Assembly (NCBI GenBank): GCA_964016885.1
Contig: OZ024740.1
Location: 220,224,001 to 220,288,000, forward strand
DNA length: 64,000 nt
Direction: 5' to 3'
DNA from: Eledone cirrhosa
Lineage: Eukaryota
The notes under the pieces were generated by a model. It ran no database searches. It was given only the letters and a program-made list of their open reading frames with translations, and had not been told where the DNA came from. Below are positions 61,678 through 64,000 of this stretch, piece after piece (position 1 is the first letter of the stretch; each line of letters starts with the position of its first letter). The translations under genes and the position numbers were made by a program.

Positions 61678-64000
61678 TAAAATCTGTCTCAAACCCAGAG
61701 ACTCATCAGGCCAGTGTTTATCTCAGTTTCTATGGTGTTAAACAACTGAGAATACAAGACTTCCCCCTGGACAGGATGCCAATCCGTTGCAGGTACTCAT
61801 TTTCAGCTGAGTATACTGGAGCGACATGAAATAAAGTGTTTTTCTCAAGAATGCAACACACAACTACAAACCCATAACATTATGATTGTTAATTCAGCAT
61901 ACTTACCACTAGGCCACGCACCTCCTTGTACATATATATGCATACACATATATGAATATGCATGTGTGCATGTGTGTGGAGGGTGATGGACTTCCACACA
62001 GTTTCCATCTACCAAATCCACTCCTAAGTTTGAGCTTATAATAGAAGACATTTGTCCAAGGTGCCATGCAGTTGGATCAAACCCAAAACCATGTGGTTGC
62101 TAAGTGAATTTCTTAACCACACAACCATGCCTACACCTATTATGTGTGGTTATATATCATTCTGTTGCTATTACAGAGAGAAAACATACATTTATTCAAT
62201 CTATGGTTTGCTGCAATTTAGAATAGATAACAAAAGATATATTTTTTGTTCTGTTCAGACAGGCTAATAGCTTTATAGACATATTTTATGTTTATAGAAA
62301 ATATATTTGTTGTTCTCATCAGCCTATTCTTCTGTGGATTAGATTATAGAATTTATAGAGAGTACAATTTAAAGGATTGAGAAACCTTTATGTTTGTTAT
62401 TGGTAACAGAAGATACATCCCAATAAGAAAAATGTGGTGAGAGACCGGAGGCTGCAGTTTTTGACAATCAAATAGAAACAGTGAAGAGTTTGAGATGCTT
62501 CTTCAGTCTGGTCTAGCATGTGATAACCTCTCTAGTGCTAGTGTCACAATAAAATGCACCCAGTACATCCTATAAACTGTTAGTGTTGGTACCACGATAA
62601 AATGCATCAAGCCCATTCTGTAAAATAGTACTGCTAGTGGTCATGAAAAACACACCCAGTACACCCTGAAAAGTGGTTGGTGTTAAAAAGGGCATTCAAC
62701 TATAGAAACCATGCCAAATATGCAATGCAATGAGAAAGATTAGTTGCTCCAACCCATGCCAGCGTGAAAAGCCGATGTAAAAATGATGATGGTGATGATG
62801 ATAGATTGGTAAAATTGTTAGAGTATCTGATACAATACCTTGTGGTGTATATTTATGATATTTTACATTCTGACTTTAAATCCCACCAAGGTCAGCTTTG
62901 CCTTTCATCCTTTCGGGGTCAATAAAATATGTACCAGTTGAGCAATATAGTTGATTCTTCTCTGCTCCAAAATTTCTGGCCATGTGCCTTTGTAGGAAAT
63001 GACTAAATTAATTCATAACATCCTGTAATGGTTTAGCAGAAAATATCTAAAAATAGGTTTGTTAGTTCAAATTTTTATATCTTTCCTAGTGGACAGATCA
63101 TTGTAAAAACATTGTACCATATAGAGCTATAGTGCTGTTTTGTACTTTTCAAGAATGGCTTGCTAATGTGGTTTCATGTGGTACATACAGGGTGTTAGGA
63201 GTTAAAGATAACCAGTGATAGAAATCACCCCCACCCCCTACACATCTACTACCACCACCAACACCACCACCATCATCATCATCATTATCATCATCATCAA
63301 AACTAGACAAGGTTGTGTGGCTAAGAAGTTCACTTTGCAGTTATGTGGTTTCAGGCTTGATTCCACTGTGCAGCACCTTGAGAAAGTGTCCTCCACCATA
63401 CATTTGGGTCAATCAAAACCGTTTTGGTGAAATTTGGTAGATGGAAATGATATGAAAACCTGTTAGATGGACCAATTCTGTTCTTGATTAATAAACTTAA
63501 TCTGTCGCCCAGTTTAACACTACCACCTGTCAGTCCAGGACCAGGGAAGCTCTGCGAATATCTGATGCCTAATTCTAAAAGAAAAAAATAGAAAGAAACC
63601 CTCTTTTAGAGATCCTGCCACTGCCTGACCCTTGCAGAGTCATTTATGTTGCAAACATTTGGACTGGATCTTCAATTTGAGGATAACTTCCTCCTTTCTT
63701 TTCACCAGTTTCAGAGGCCTTGAAAAGGTTCATAGGCACTGCTCTTCTGCCTCTGACTAAGCTATTGAAATATATATTTAAAAAACACAGCAATCCACCA
63801 GCGTTATCATACTTATTGCCATCATCATCATTATCTATATTAATCTTCTGCATTCTGAAAACTCCAACAGCATCTTGAAATACTATCTTACCATGTCTGT
63901 TGAACGTAAAGAGTAGGATGTTCTTCAATACGTCCCAGGTAAAGCTTTCTTGTACTAAGTATGCTCTAAGCTTATGCTTGGCTATACGTCATAAGCAACA

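Noticed and set aside
63600-63990. Possible minus-strand exon pair / 94-aa ORF at the window end
   Set aside because: A donor (GTAAGA) and acceptor are plausible, but frames are bounded by stops, the upstream acceptor is weak and no domain is recognisable. It cannot be supported without flanking sequence or RNA data.

Overview
AT-rich, microsatellite-saturated animal DNA. It is almost certainly cephalopod (Octopus-like), inferred from the RTE LINE/tRNA-SINE/(TA)n landscape. It is not prokaryotic, and almost all short ORFs in the track are microsatellite noise. Contents: (1) one intact 1039-aa RTE-clade LINE ORF (APE endonuclease, RT, PHD-like Zn finger) at 52265-55384, plus many truncated or internally deleted RTE, CR1, R4-like and CRE-like fragments; (2) tRNA-derived SINEs, mariner/pogo/piggyBac-type MITEs and Helitron-like elements; (3) 48-bp and 22-bp minisatellites; (4) a candidate pair of terminal host-gene exons near 30.3-30.8 kb. 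The most striking pattern is a recurring architecture shared by several sequence-unrelated short elements: (TA)n - short inverted copy - longer copy with unique 3' tail - (TA)n, forming fold-back palindromes with roughly 35-206 bp arms. Many of these carry type I hammerhead ribozyme cores (CUGANGA...GAAA...NUH), as expected for Penelope-like pLTRs or retrozymes. The fold-back axis often lies inside the ribozyme and twice hosts a secondary retro-insertion. Coordinates were read by eye; palindrome and ribozyme positions were counted carefully, and TE boundaries are approximate.
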